A program made the translations under genes and the position numbers. Below, piece by piece: positions 39,672 through 52,859 of a stretch of 64,000 bases of DNA. Below the pieces are notes generated by a model, which was not told where the DNA came from, made no database searches, and worked only from the letters and a program-made list of their open reading frames with translations. The stretch comes from Octopus sinensis (taxonomy: Eukaryota), in NCBI RefSeq assembly GCF_006345805.1, contig NC_042999.1, positions 151,156,001 to 151,220,000 of the forward strand. The letters run 5' to 3'. Positions within the stretch are counted from its first letter, which is position 1; every line of letters begins with the position of its first letter.

Positions 39672-40070
39672 TCTTTTCTGCTCTAGGCACAAGGCCCGAA
39701 ATTTTGGGGGAGGGAGCCAGACGACTAGATCGATCCAGTACGCAACTGGTACTTAGTTTATCGACCCCGAAAGGATGAACGGCAAAGTTGACCTCGGCGG
39801 AATTTGAACTCAGAACATAAAGACAGACGAAATACCTATTTCTTTACTACCCACAAGGGGCTAAACAAAGAGAGGACAAACAAGGACAGACAAACGGGTT
39901 AAGTCGATTATATCGACCCAAGTGCGTAACTGGAACTTAATTTATCGACCCCGAAAGGATGAAAGGCAAAGTCGACCTCGGCGGAATTTGAACTCAGAAC
40001 GTAGCGGCAGACGAAATACGGCTACGCATTTCGCCCGGTGTGCTAACGATTATGCCAGCTCGCCGCCTTT
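39672..40070 (-). mobile_element. SINE family B linker dimer
   Basis: Same linker as 11825-12160. Confidence 0.8.
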
Positions 40071-41217
40071 CGCATTTATACGCACTCGTGCCATTCAGCG
40101 TATGTACATAGACGCATCCATCCATTTATGCATATAACACCGGCACACACCACACACACACACACACACACAACACACACACACACACACATACACACAC
40201 ATACACGCGTGCGCGCGCGCGCACACACATATATTTGCGTGTGCGTAAGGTATATTATATATATATGTATTAAATAAACTTCAGGTAGCGACAATTGGAA
40301 CCATCTCAACAGATGAAAATACAGACCTTCAAAGATCGAGTGTGCATGCCCCTCAAATCGCTCTCAAATTGTGTCGTTGGAATTCCTCTTTGGAATCAAG
40401 CCTCCAACGAAGAGATTGCTTAAGATAATGCACTGAATGTAATAAAAATACACTGACGGGTAAGAAAGAGGAAATGAAGCTACCCGAAACCAATTACATT
40501 ATCTTGTAAATTAAAGAATCTGATGTTATTTGGAATTAAAGTTGGAAAATTTGGGTACTTTTAGCCAATCAACAGACAGCGTGGCATTAGCTGCTTGTAA
40601 CCATGACAACCGCATGCTGCGTTGTGGTTCACTGTTGTCTATGCCGCTGTTGTCTGTGTTCATTTTTCACACTTGATTCTTCACACCACGAGATTCTTTT
40701 CACCCGCGTGTTTTGTTTTAATTTTTCTGTGTGTTAGTATATTACATATTTTTCTGTGCTCCTGTGTGTTAGTATTTTTCTGTGCTGTTTTCTGTGTGTT
40801 AGTATTTTTACATATCTTTCATTTCATATATTTTTGCGACTCATTGATTCGGATAGCTGGGTTTATGATTTCACCAGGTTAATTCTGTTCATAAAAATGT
40901 AAATTATGAGTATTTCTTAAATCGTTAGCTTCACATTTCAACAGCTTAACTGAAATTTAACCCACGTAACAGGAACTGAGAGGGTATCGTGGAACAGAGA
41001 AACTGTCGGTGATACAGATAATCTGACATTGTTTTTGAATTCTGCATGCAAAACCATATGAGATACAGGTATTCTTTTCCTTGTGACAAATACTTTGTTG
41101 ACCAGTGTTATTCTTATCGTAGTTTACAAATCTAAGCATGAAAACGTTACTCACCTTTGGAGTTTTGGAGACAGACGCCACATTTTTACACACGCGCGCG
41201 TGCACACACGCACTTAT

Positions 41218-41477
41218 ATTCTTTTATTTGTTTCAGTCACTTGACTGCGGCCATGCTAGAGCACTGCCTTTAGTCGATCAAATAGACCCCAGGACTTATT
41301 CTTTGTAAGCCTAGTACTTATTCTATCGGTCACTTGCCGAACCGCTAAGTGACGGGGACGTAAACACACCAGCATCGGTTGTCAAGTGATGTCCAGGAAT
41401 CGAACACGCGACCTAACCATTAGACCATTTACAATAAGAAAATCAAACACAGATACACAAACATATGCATATACATG

Positions 41478-41560
<83 letters not shown>

Positions 41561-41724
41561 CGATGGGCTTCTTTCAGTTTCCGTCTAACAAATCTACTCA
41601 CAAGGCTTTGGTCATCCCGAGGCCATAGTAGAAGACATTTGCCCAAGGTGCCACGCAGTGGGACTGAACCCGGGACCATGTGGTTGGTAAGCAAGCCACT
41701 TACCAGACAGGCACTCCTGCGCCT
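41218..41724 (-). mobile_element. SINE family A with a foreign ~55 bp insert at 41391-41447
   Basis: Family alignment. The insert matches 42656-42735. Confidence 0.85.
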
Positions 41725-43059
41725 TATTAATGCTGTACACACATACATGACACGTATACATAATACTGAAATACGCATAAAGTAAACACATGCAGACAAA
41801 TATATTAATATAACAATTTTTTTTTTATTATTTAAAAATACAATCAATGAAGAGACAAGCGAAATAGTAAGATGATACATGTTGATTTTATTAGGTACTT
41901 CTGTTTATTTAGAAACCTACAATGAAATTAGGTATTTCTGTTTATTTAGAAACCTACAATGAACAGGTAAGATGCTAAACTATAAATTTCACAGGATACA
42001 ACCTTAAAGTTGACACCGCTTCGCTAAACGCAGAAAATTCTGTATCACTATTGGCTATAAATACGCAGTTTTACCGATTTTTAAACTTCTGTAACTTCTT
42101 TCTCCAATTTTTTTTTCTCCACAAATTCATACCTTCAAAGCAATGAGACTGGAAGGCTACATTATTATAGCTGATTTTCAGATTTTTTTACTTCCTTTTA
42201 AAAAATATATATTTTGAGAATGAAAAAAAAACTAGATCCCAAGGTAGTGACATGCGCAAACTAGTTTCAACCGATGGTTTCGGATCAACATTTTGTAAAA
42301 CGATTTCAGAATTTTTTAACCACATCCTAATTTATACCTGAAGTATTGCCAGTAACAAACAACCAACAGTTATTCGCGAGCAAGTAAGGACTGGGTAACT
42401 TTACCATGCTTTGGCCAATTATTTTAGGTACATGTGTAGTCAAGAGCAAATACAGATACTCTCTTGGTTCTCTGACCGTTGCCCCAACGGAACATCGAGA
42501 CGTGACAGTTAGTGAGAGAAAGAGAGAGCGCGCGCGCGTGTGTGTGCTTGTGTGCGCATGCTCCACTAGCAATCAGGTTATTGCTCATTTACAGCCCAAT
42601 AGACTTGAACAACGTGAAATGAAATAATTTGCTCGAAGACACACCACCCCGTCCTGTCCAGGAATCGAACACATGACCTTATCATCATGAGTCCAACTCC
42701 CTAGCCATTAGACCAGTTACAATAAGAAAATCAAATTATGAATTCGGTCAGCAACAAATAATATCAATAATTGCAAAACGAAATGACGATAACATCTAGC
42801 AATTAAATTTATGACGGGTTATAAAGAGCGAAAAAAGTATAATTGAATATAACTTATATTGTTCATTAATATTATAAACTGATAATGCATTAAATTAATT
42901 GCGAAACTACAAAATTAATTATATTTGATATAAAGGCACTTAATTTTACGAAACATCCAAATAGTTAAAAACCTAAGAAGTTGGCGTTTAATCAATAAAA
43001 CAAACGAAGAAAGCAAACAATGAAGCCATTTAATTTTAATAATAATAATAATAATAATA

Positions 43060-43110
<51 letters not shown>

Positions 43111-43115
43111 TAATA

Positions 43116-43211
<96 letters not shown>

Positions 43212-43224
43212 TAATAATAATAAT

Positions 43225-44166
43225 ATGAAGAAAAATAACAACAAAGGCTGTAAAACAAATGAAATCCAAACTAAAACTAGAACTGTAACAGATCATGATA
43301 AAACGATGGCAAGAAAAGTCCCTTCATGGCAAATACTGGATTAAACTAAACGCAATAAAATAGATAAAGCAAAATCCCAACAATGGTTGAGAAGCTCAGG
43401 ACTCAAAGCAGAGACTGAAGGATGTTTAATTGCAGCACAAGACCAAAGCCTCATCACTAGAAATTACCAAAAACATGTAATGAAAAGAAACATAACAAGT
43501 AACTGCAGAATATGCGAAGGACAAGAAACAATAAATAATATATCATATTGTCTCTGGCTGCCCAGTCCTGGCTAAGAAGGAATATATTCACAGCCACGAC
43601 AGAGTTGGGACCTACATACACTGGAAGCTATGCCAACACTATATAATAACAGCAGAAAAAGATGGTTTAGGCACACGCCAGAAAAGGTCACAGAAAATGA
43701 GAAAGCAATAATACTATGGGATATGTCAAAACACCAGATAGAGAAATTAAGGCCAATAGGCCAGATATAGTTGTCAGAGATCATCAAGAAAAAAATGCTA
43801 ATTCATGTATCAAGACCAACAGATGATAACGTTACTCTAAAAGAAATGGAGAAACTTTCAAAATACAAAGACCTGAAAATAGAAATAAATCGAATGTGGA
43901 GTCTAAAAATAGAAACAATTCCTATCATAGTAGGCACATTAGGTATGATAAAAAAATATTCAGACAAATACATAGCAAAAACACCAGGACTAACAAATAT
44001 ATGGAACATACAGAAAATAGCACTACTAGGCACCGCACACATCTTAAGTAAAACACTTTCATTACAGTAGCAATAAGAGCATCACAACAAACCACAACGC
44101 ATACCCAAGGCACACAAATCTGTGCTCGGTAGTGCAGTGAAAGCACGTGATAAAAATAAGACTAAT
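43225..44166 (+). mobile_element. 5'-truncated R4/Dong-like copy, same subfamily as 28158-28692
   Basis: WLRSSGLKAETEGCLIAAQDQSL, CRICEGQETINN, HDRVGTYIHW, KEMEKLSKYKDL. 3' UTR shared with 28590-28690. TAA/TGA arrays on both sides. Confidence 0.9.
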
Positions 44167-44211
44167 GAATAATAACAATAACAGCAACAACAACAATAAT
44201 AATAAGTAATA

Positions 44212-44242
<31 letters not shown>

Positions 44243-44365
44243 TATAATAATAATATAATAATAATAATAATAATGCTGGTGATGATGATGATAATGATGA
44301 CGATGATGATGATGATGATGAGGAGGAGGAGGAGGAGGATGATGATGATGATAATAATAATGATG

Positions 44366-44404
<39 letters not shown>

Positions 44405-44419
44405 TAATAATAATAATAA

Positions 44420-44450
<31 letters not shown>

Positions 44451-44504
44451 AAGAAGAAGAAGAAGAAGAAGAAGAAGAAGAAGGAGAAGAAGAATATTCA
44501 AGTC

Positions 44505-44975
<471 letters not shown>

Positions 44976-45037
44976 GACTGGCCTTATACTCCTTAGACTT
45001 TCATCCTACCATCACCCAATACTTTTCAGCACAACCT

Positions 45038-45081
<44 letters not shown>

Positions 45082-45523
45082 GATCGTATTCAATGAGAAA
45101 TGTATGAACACGATATCGTGGTAAACTTCAGAAAAATGTCTCATTTCTCAGTTTTCCTAAAACGAAATCAATATTCCTTATATCACAAGAACTCATATCA
45201 TGTATATGTTGTATATTGTATATCACACAATATATCATGTATATCGTCTACTGGATGTGGCTTGTTATATATTTCATCTTATATTTTTATACTTGTGTTA
45301 GTCATTAGACTATGGCCATGCTGGTGCACCGCTTTGAAAAAGTTTTAATCGAATGAATCGGCCTCATTACTTTTTCTTAAACTTGGTACTTATTTTATCA
45401 GTGTCTTTTGCCGAACCGCCGAGTTACGAGGACGTAAACACAACACTGGTTGTCAGCTGTATATATTGTATACATAAACAACCAAACGACAAAAAGCTTA
45501 CATACGGCATATTGTATATCATA

Positions 45524-45703
45524 CTGGCACTATGACCCTGCAACGCCAGGTGACTGGGGAAATGTAAAGATGTGCACGACCACCCTTGGACGGTTTTAAA
45601 TGATCATAGAAAGTGCGAGCCCTCTAACTGAAAAATTGTTGATTTGTATAAAGGATACACGCACACACAGAGACAGACATTTTGCCGTTTATATATAGAG
45701 AGA
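45524..45703 (-). mobile_element. Short Helitron derivative
   Basis: Same 5' end (gccgtttatata..agagat). Hairpin cctg-caacg-ccagg next to a mutated CTAG (ctgg). Confidence 0.55.
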
Positions 45704-46014
45704 TATTGTATAGTGGATATTATGTCTCATGTTATATATTGTCTATCACATATAGAATTTTATATAGTGTATGTTATGAGGTGACATGCGTAGACGATTG
45801 TTGCTATAGCAGCTAGTCTGTTTCGTGTAGCTCCTTCCTGTTGTTCATGACTGGCCTCAATTTGTTTATAAGGAGAGCTTTCATAATTTTGAGATTGCCT
45901 CTATTGCGTCGTTTGCCTTGATGGAAACTTTGAAAACCTGGGTTTGGCACAAAAAAAAAAAGAGAGAGAGGGAGAAACACCTTAGGAAGTGCCAAACACA
46001 GTATTCCAAAGTTT

Positions 46015-46875
46015 GCCTAGATACGCAAATATATGCATGAGAATTCTTACATAAAACAAAACATACAAATCTGCACATATACGTACATACATACAAAAAG
46101 ACACTGCTATTGTTGAAATTCCAATGGAGGAATCTTTCTCTATTGGCAAGAAATCTTGAAATAAAACTGAATAATGACATACATACATACATGCATGCAT
46201 GCATGCATACATACATACATAAATACATACATACATACATACATAAATACATACATACATACATACATACATACATACATACATACATGCATGCATGCAT
46301 GCATACATACATACATGCATACACACATACATACATACATGCATACATACAAACATACATACATGCATACATACATATATACATTCATACATACATACCT
46401 ACATACAAACATATATACATACATACATACATACATACATACATACATACATGCATACATACATACATACATACATACATACATACATACAAACATACAT
46501 ACAGGCATACATGCATGCATGCATACATACATACATACTTACATACATACATAATACATACATACATACATACATACATGCATACATGCATACATACATA
46601 TATTCATACATACATATATTCATACATACATACATACATACATAACATACATACATACATACATACATACATACATACATACATACATACATACAAGAAT
46701 ACTCTGCTGTTGAAATTCCAATGAAGGAGTCTTTCTCTATTGGCAAGAAATCTTGAAATAAAACTGAATAATGACATACATACATACATGCATACATACA
46801 TACATACATACATACATAAATACATACATACATACATACATACATACATACATACATACATACATACATACATAC
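46015..46875 (-). repeat. Composite (TATG)n element
   Basis: The module cattattcagttttatttcaagatttcttgccaatagagaaaga occurs twice between (TATG)n tracts, plus a gtgcagatttgtatg module. Confidence 0.8.
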
Positions 46876-46889
46876 ATACATACATACAT

Positions 46890-47520
46890 GGTGGCTGCCC
46901 CCTCGTTATCGAGTATGGCCATTGCATGAAGCTTAATCAATGTTGTTATCGTGCAATGCCTGTGCAAGAAGATTTTTTTTAAAGTGAGGAAAGGCTGTGC
47001 ACTGAGTCAATCCCACTCACTAAGCAACAGCAGCCATAATCCGAAAAGAAAAGCATGTCAACATCATCGGTAACCACTGCGCCGCAGGATTTATGTCGGA
47101 GTTATCTCAGTTACCTGAGTTACCTTCTCCAAGAAGGATGCCCTAACAAAGGCTAGGAGTCCTTCACTCCCAATGGTTTAACCGCGCGATCGGGTATTCA
47201 GTCCGATTATTTCCATGGCCCCGCGCATGATACCGCCTTAAGACATTTATTGATGGCCATTGACTCTCAAGAGTTCCTCTGCCCTTAGATACATACATAC
47301 ATACATGCATACATACATAGAGAATACCGTCTCGTATATCGGCAGTGATGACTTCCCATGCAACCCCAAAACAGCTGGATTAACATACCACAAAGAAGAC
47401 GTAGATGTGAAACGCTCAGCATACGAAAAAATTAAGACTACGCATGCGTGTGTTTTCTGAAGAGTTGAAGATGACTCTATTATCGACATGAAGGGCAACC
47501 TATCTTAGCCTTGTGGCTGC
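46890..47520 (-). mobile_element. Probable RTE-type LINE 5' UTR remnant
   Basis: The - strand reads gttagggcatccttcttggagaaggtaactc, resembling RTE 5' UTR motifs from memory. No coding support. Confidence 0.3.
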
Positions 47521-47559
47521 TACATCACATCACACTTAAAAAAATATGCATTTGAAATC

Positions 47560-47967
47560 CAAGAACATGTGATTACTACAAAATACCGAGCGAACAAAAG
47601 AGTCAGTGAAGTGATTCGACCGCCAAGATGCAACCGAAATTGTAGAGTGTGTCTGTTATGTGTAACATTTCTGTGGAAGATATCACACATGTGATCAGTA
47701 GTTGATTCAAAATGTCATCATAGGCACTACCTCCCAATGCGATATGACGTTGTCGCTAAGATAATATGCAATGAAATTTATAAAAGACTGTCCTGGCATA
47801 AATATAGAGAATTTCCTCCTGTTATCAGATACATACACAAACATCAATGCAAGGAATATTGGCGGAACATACTCATCAAAACTACTAAGTGCAAGTATAA
47901 CAGGCCGGATGTTATTGTTTGTGAAAAAGTATATACCGTTATAGAGGATGTTGCTCTACTGATGTGA
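47560..47967 (+). mobile_element. Degraded REL-type (R2/R4/CRE superfamily) retrotransposon fragment
   Basis: EIQEHVITTKYR, CRVCLLC..EDITHVIS, MRYDVVAK, KYNRPDVIV..VIEDV: knuckle and PD..D motifs. Confidence 0.6.
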
Positions 47968-47984
47968 ATATCTGTTCGAAAATC

Positions 47985-48672
47985 TTTTTTGGGCCGATAA
48001 ATTAAGTAGCAGTTGAGTATAAGAGTCGATCTGATCGACTGGCCCCTCCTCAAAAGTTTCAGGCCTTGTACCTAGAGTAGGAAGCAAAACACAACAAAAA
48101 TTGAATCGTTAGCACGCTGGGCGAAATACTTAGCAGTATTTCGTCTGGCGTTACGTTCTGAGTTCAAATTCCGCCGAGATTGACTTTGCATTTCATCCTT
48201 TCGGGGTCGATTAAATAAGTACCAGTTACACACTGGGGTCGATATAATCGACTTAATCCGTTTGTCTATCCTTGTTTGTCCTCTCTGTGTTTAGCCCCTT
48301 GTGGGTAGTAAAGAAATAGGTATTTCGTCTGCCGTTACATTCTGAGTTCAAATTCCGCCGACGTCGACTTTGCCTTTCATCCTTTCGGGGTCGATTAAAT
48401 AAGTACCAGTTACACACTGGGGTCGATATAATCGACTTAATCCGTTTGTCTGTCCTTGTTTGTCCTATCTGTGTTTAGCCCCTTGTGGGTTGTAAAGAAA
48501 TATAAATAGGTATTTCGCCCGTCGCTCCGTTCTGAGTTCCAATTCTGCCGAGGTCGACTATGCCTTTCATCCTTTCAGGGTCGATAAATTAAGTACCAGT
48601 TGGGTATTGGGGTCGATAAAATCGACTTACTTGTTCCCCAAATTTCAAGCCTTGTGCCTATAGTAGAAAGGA
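47985..48672 (+). repeat. SINE family B linker trimer plus an upstream tail fragment
   Basis: Two near-identical ~180 bp body+linker units followed by a terminal body and tail. Confidence 0.85.
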
Positions 48673-49224
48673 TTATATGCTATAAATTATATATTATGCA
48701 TTGTATATCACATTTTATACTGTGTATTATATGCTACATATTGCATACACACACACATATATATGCAATATATAAGCAGGTGCACTGTATGAATACAATA
48801 TACCATACCACTGCATATGTATCATTCAATGGAGCTCCTTTCCAAATAAATGCAGCATCAGTTTTCTTCAACGATTTTTCAATAAAATTATCAACAGAAA
48901 AAAAACCCTACACCAAATAAAAACAACAGCAAAAAATCTATAAAATATATTTACCTCCCTGCTCCTTCCCCCTCCACTCTCCATCCACCTCGCCTCTCAC
49001 TTTCTCTTATACTCTCACGCACACATATGCAGTCTTTGTGTTTCTTTCTACATCAATCTCTCGTGCCACTTGTCTCTGTCTCATTGTTTTTTCTCTCTAT
49101 ATAAGACATTATCGATCACCAGCTACAGTTATTGCTTGCTTCAACTAAATATATGATTTATCGTCAGTTTGACGCTTAAAATGTTTTGTAGGTGGCACAG
49201 TATGCCTATGTATCTAAGTATTTT

Positions 49225-49230
49225 TTTGTG

Positions 49231-49262
<32 letters not shown>

Positions 49263-49880
49263 TGTATGTATGTATGTATGTATGTATGTATGTCATTATT
49301 CAGTTTTATTTCAAGATTTCTTGCCAATAGAGAAAGGACCGGTTTCTAACGTAGATCCAACATTCCTTCATTGGAATTTCAACATCAACAACAGGGTATG
49401 TATGTATGTATGTATGTATGTATGTATGTATGTATGTATGTATGTATGTATGTATGCATGTTTGTATGTATGTATGTATGTTTTATGTTTGTATTCTCAT
49501 GCATATAGTTACATATCTAATGTATGTATGTATGTATGCATGTTTGTATGTATGTATGTATGTTTTATGTTTGTATTCTCATGCATATAGTTACATATCT
49601 AATGTATGTATGTATGTATGTATGTATGTATGTATGTATGTATGCATTCATGTATATATGTATGTGTGTCATTATTCAGCTTTATTTCAAGATTTCCTGC
49701 AAATAGAGAAAGAGCCGGTTTCTAACCTAGATCCAAGTCTCTTTCGTTGGAATTACAACATCAACAACAGGGTATTTTTATTTGTTTGTATGTAAGCATG
49801 CATGCACGTATGTATATGTGCAGATTTGTATGTTTTTTTATGTATATATTCTCATGCATATATTTGTGTATCTATACGTG
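49225..49880 (+). repeat. Composite (TATG)n element, opposite orientation to 46015-46875
   Basis: Same modules in the same order. Confidence 0.8.
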
Positions 49881-50294
49881 CTCATATATATTTAAATGAT
49901 AAACTTCTGGTAAGTTTTACAATGTATGTATGTATGTGTGCATGCATGTAAATAGGAGAGCGTTTGACCTATTGGTTAGAGCGTTGGGCTAACGATTATT
50001 AGTTCATGTGTTCGATTCTCAGACCAGACGGTGTGTTGCTTTCTTGTGCAAGACAGATGTGTGCCTGTGAGTATGTATATGCCTGCTTGTATAATGAAGC
50101 ATTAAGGGTCTCCAGTTGTATCTTGAGCAAGAACCTCTCTTACATAGCTTTGGGTCGTAGTCATTGTTATATTGTTCGTTATCGTTATTGTACAGAACCA
50201 ATTCATACGCGTTGATTTCTTCCACTTCCAGTCTACTTGACATTGGAAACGATTGCGTGTGTTATGGCTTGACAAGAGCAAGACATACACACAC

Positions 50295-50480
50295 ACACAC
50301 ACACACAGAAAAACAAAAGACGAAGACAGGTGTAGGAACAACAATTAGTTGTATTATTTGACGCTCAGGTAAGTGAGAAAGTCTTTTACATTTCGAGCAT
50401 GTGCTCTTCAACAGAAAGGAATAAGAGAAAATAAACAGAAAGAGAGAATAAAAAAAGCGTGGATTTAGCGATCAAGCATG
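50295..50480 (-). repeat. Second copy of the Penelope-type terminal repeat
   Basis: Reverse complement aligns to 18225-18415 (ctttctgttgaagagcacatgctcgaaatgtaaaagac). Confidence 0.6.
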
Positions 50481-50532
50481 ACTATATATCTTTGTGCATA
50501 TATGTATATATGTATGCATGTATGTATATATA

Positions 50533-50610
<78 letters not shown>

Positions 50611-50685
50611 ATATATGTATATGTGTATATTTAGCTATATATATATATACGTATATGTAGATAGCTAATATACGTATATGTATAT

Positions 50686-50734
<49 letters not shown>

Positions 50735-50743
50735 ATATTATGT

Positions 50744-50793
<50 letters not shown>

Positions 50794-51035
50794 ATTCATA
50801 TATATGTATACATAATATATATGTATATATGTATGTATACATATATATATGTATATGTATGTATATATGGTATACATATATATATATATTTATTTATTAT
50901 TATATATATGTATACCATATATTATTTATATATAATGTATGTATATATATATATGTATATGTAATATTTATATATTTAGATATATATATAGATATTATAT
51001 GATAGAATAGATGATAGATAGATAGATAGATAATC

Positions 51036-51068
<33 letters not shown>

Positions 51069-51867
51069 GGAGAGAGAGATAGACAGAGACAGAGACAGAG
51101 ACAGAGACAGAGAGAGAAAGAGCAGAATTTGAGAACAGAACGTAAAGACGGACGAAATGCTGCTAAGCCGCGTATCCGCCGTGCAAATAACTCTACCAGC
51201 TCACCGCCTTAAAACAACTGAAATACTTTTTAAAAAAATAATCTATCAGAAACTCACTTGATTACACAATGTACCTGCTGCTAGCTATTTCACGAACTGA
51301 ACCACTAAGTGTTGAAGTATATTAGAGAGATAAAACCAGCCTAGCATCGATGACGTAGAGAAAACTATCGGTCCCCTGGGCCAACAGCTGTATGTCTATA
51401 TTTTACAAATCAATACTGAAAAAATAATTTTTTTTTTTCTAAAACCGCATATTTTTTTTCCCTAAGAGTATGAAGTTCATATGTGTCACATTAATTCTCT
51501 AGATACTGAACTAAATATTATTGATACATACTATTAAGTAATACTAAATTTTCACCACAGCAAGGGACGCCAATGTCTACGACAATGTCGCAGATGTATG
51601 GCGAAACTATAATGATACGTAATAGTATATATATATATAATGCAATAAAGTAATGAATAAAACAAAAGCGTTATAGTATATATATGTGTGTATATGCGAG
51701 TGTGTGTGCATGTGTGTGTACGCGCGCGTCTGTGTGTGTATTAACTAAAAAGGCTGTACTGTGATGCAGTGACACGTACATAAACATATACATGTGCACA
51801 TACATACACACATACATATGTGAACGTATGTATATGTGTTTGTGGAGGGGCGTACATATATGTATAG

Positions 51868-52268
51868 TCTTTTACTCTTTTACTTGTTTCAGTCATTTGA
51901 CTGCGACCATGCTGGAGCACCGCCTTTAATCAAGCAACTCGATCCCGGGATTTATTCTTTTGTAAGCCCAGTACTTATTCTATCGGTCTCTTTTGCCGAA
52001 CCGCTAAGTAACGGAGATATAAACACACCAGCATCGGTTGTCAAGCAATGCTAGAGGGACAAACACAGATGCACAAACACACACACGCATACATATATAT
52101 ACATATATACGACGGGCTTCTTTTAGTTTCCGTCTACCAAATCCACTCACAAGGCTTTGGTCGATCCGAGGCTATAGTAGAAGACACTTGCCCAAGGTGC
52201 CACGCAGTGGGACTGAACCCGGAACCATGTGGTTGGTAAACAAGCTACTTACCACACAGCCACTCCTG

Positions 52269-52272
<4 letters not shown>
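51868..52272 (-). mobile_element. SINE family A
   Basis: Full-length alignment. Further partial copies at ~15040-15148, 22470-22675, 25345-25510, 45285-45455 and 61518-61675. Confidence 0.85.
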
Positions 52273-52333
<61 letters not shown>

Positions 52334-52434
52334 TATGTGTGTGTATGTATATATATATATGTATATATATATGTATATATATATATAATATATATATATA
52401 ATAATATATATTATATATATATATATATATATCA

Positions 52435-52780
52435 ATATCACGTTTAACGTCCGCTTTCCATGCTAGCATGAGTTGGACGATTTGACTGAGGACTGGCGAA
52501 CCAGATGGCTGCACCAGGTTCCAATCTGATCTGGCAGAGTTTCTACAACTGGATGCCCTTCGTAACGCCAACAACTCCGAGAGTGTAGTGGGTGCTTTTA
52601 CGTGTCACCAGCACGAGGTCCAGTCAGGCGGTACTGGCAACGACCTCGCTCGAATGTTTTTTCACGTGCCACCAGCACAAGTGCCAGTAAGGTGACGCAG
52701 GTAACGATCACGCTCGAATGGTGTCTTTTACGTGCCACCGGCACGGCCGCCAGCTTGTTGCTCTGGCAACGATTACGTTA
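52435..52780 (-). mobile_element. SINE with RTE-like tail and three degenerate ~60 bp internal tandem units
   Basis: Tail cgtttaacgtccgctttccatgctagcatg..ggatgccctt. Repeated unit acgtg(c/t)cacc(a/g)gcac..g(c/t)aacga. Confidence 0.6.
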
Positions 52781-52859
52781 TTTATTTATTTATTTATTTA
52801 TTTTTGCTCTGAGGCAAGGATGTGAATAGGTGTTTTGTTTTACTAATTTTGATGTTGAG

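Noticed and set aside
52757-52770. RFX X-box-like palindrome gttgctctggcaac
   Set aside because: It lies within a SINE tandem unit, with no evidence of regulatory use.
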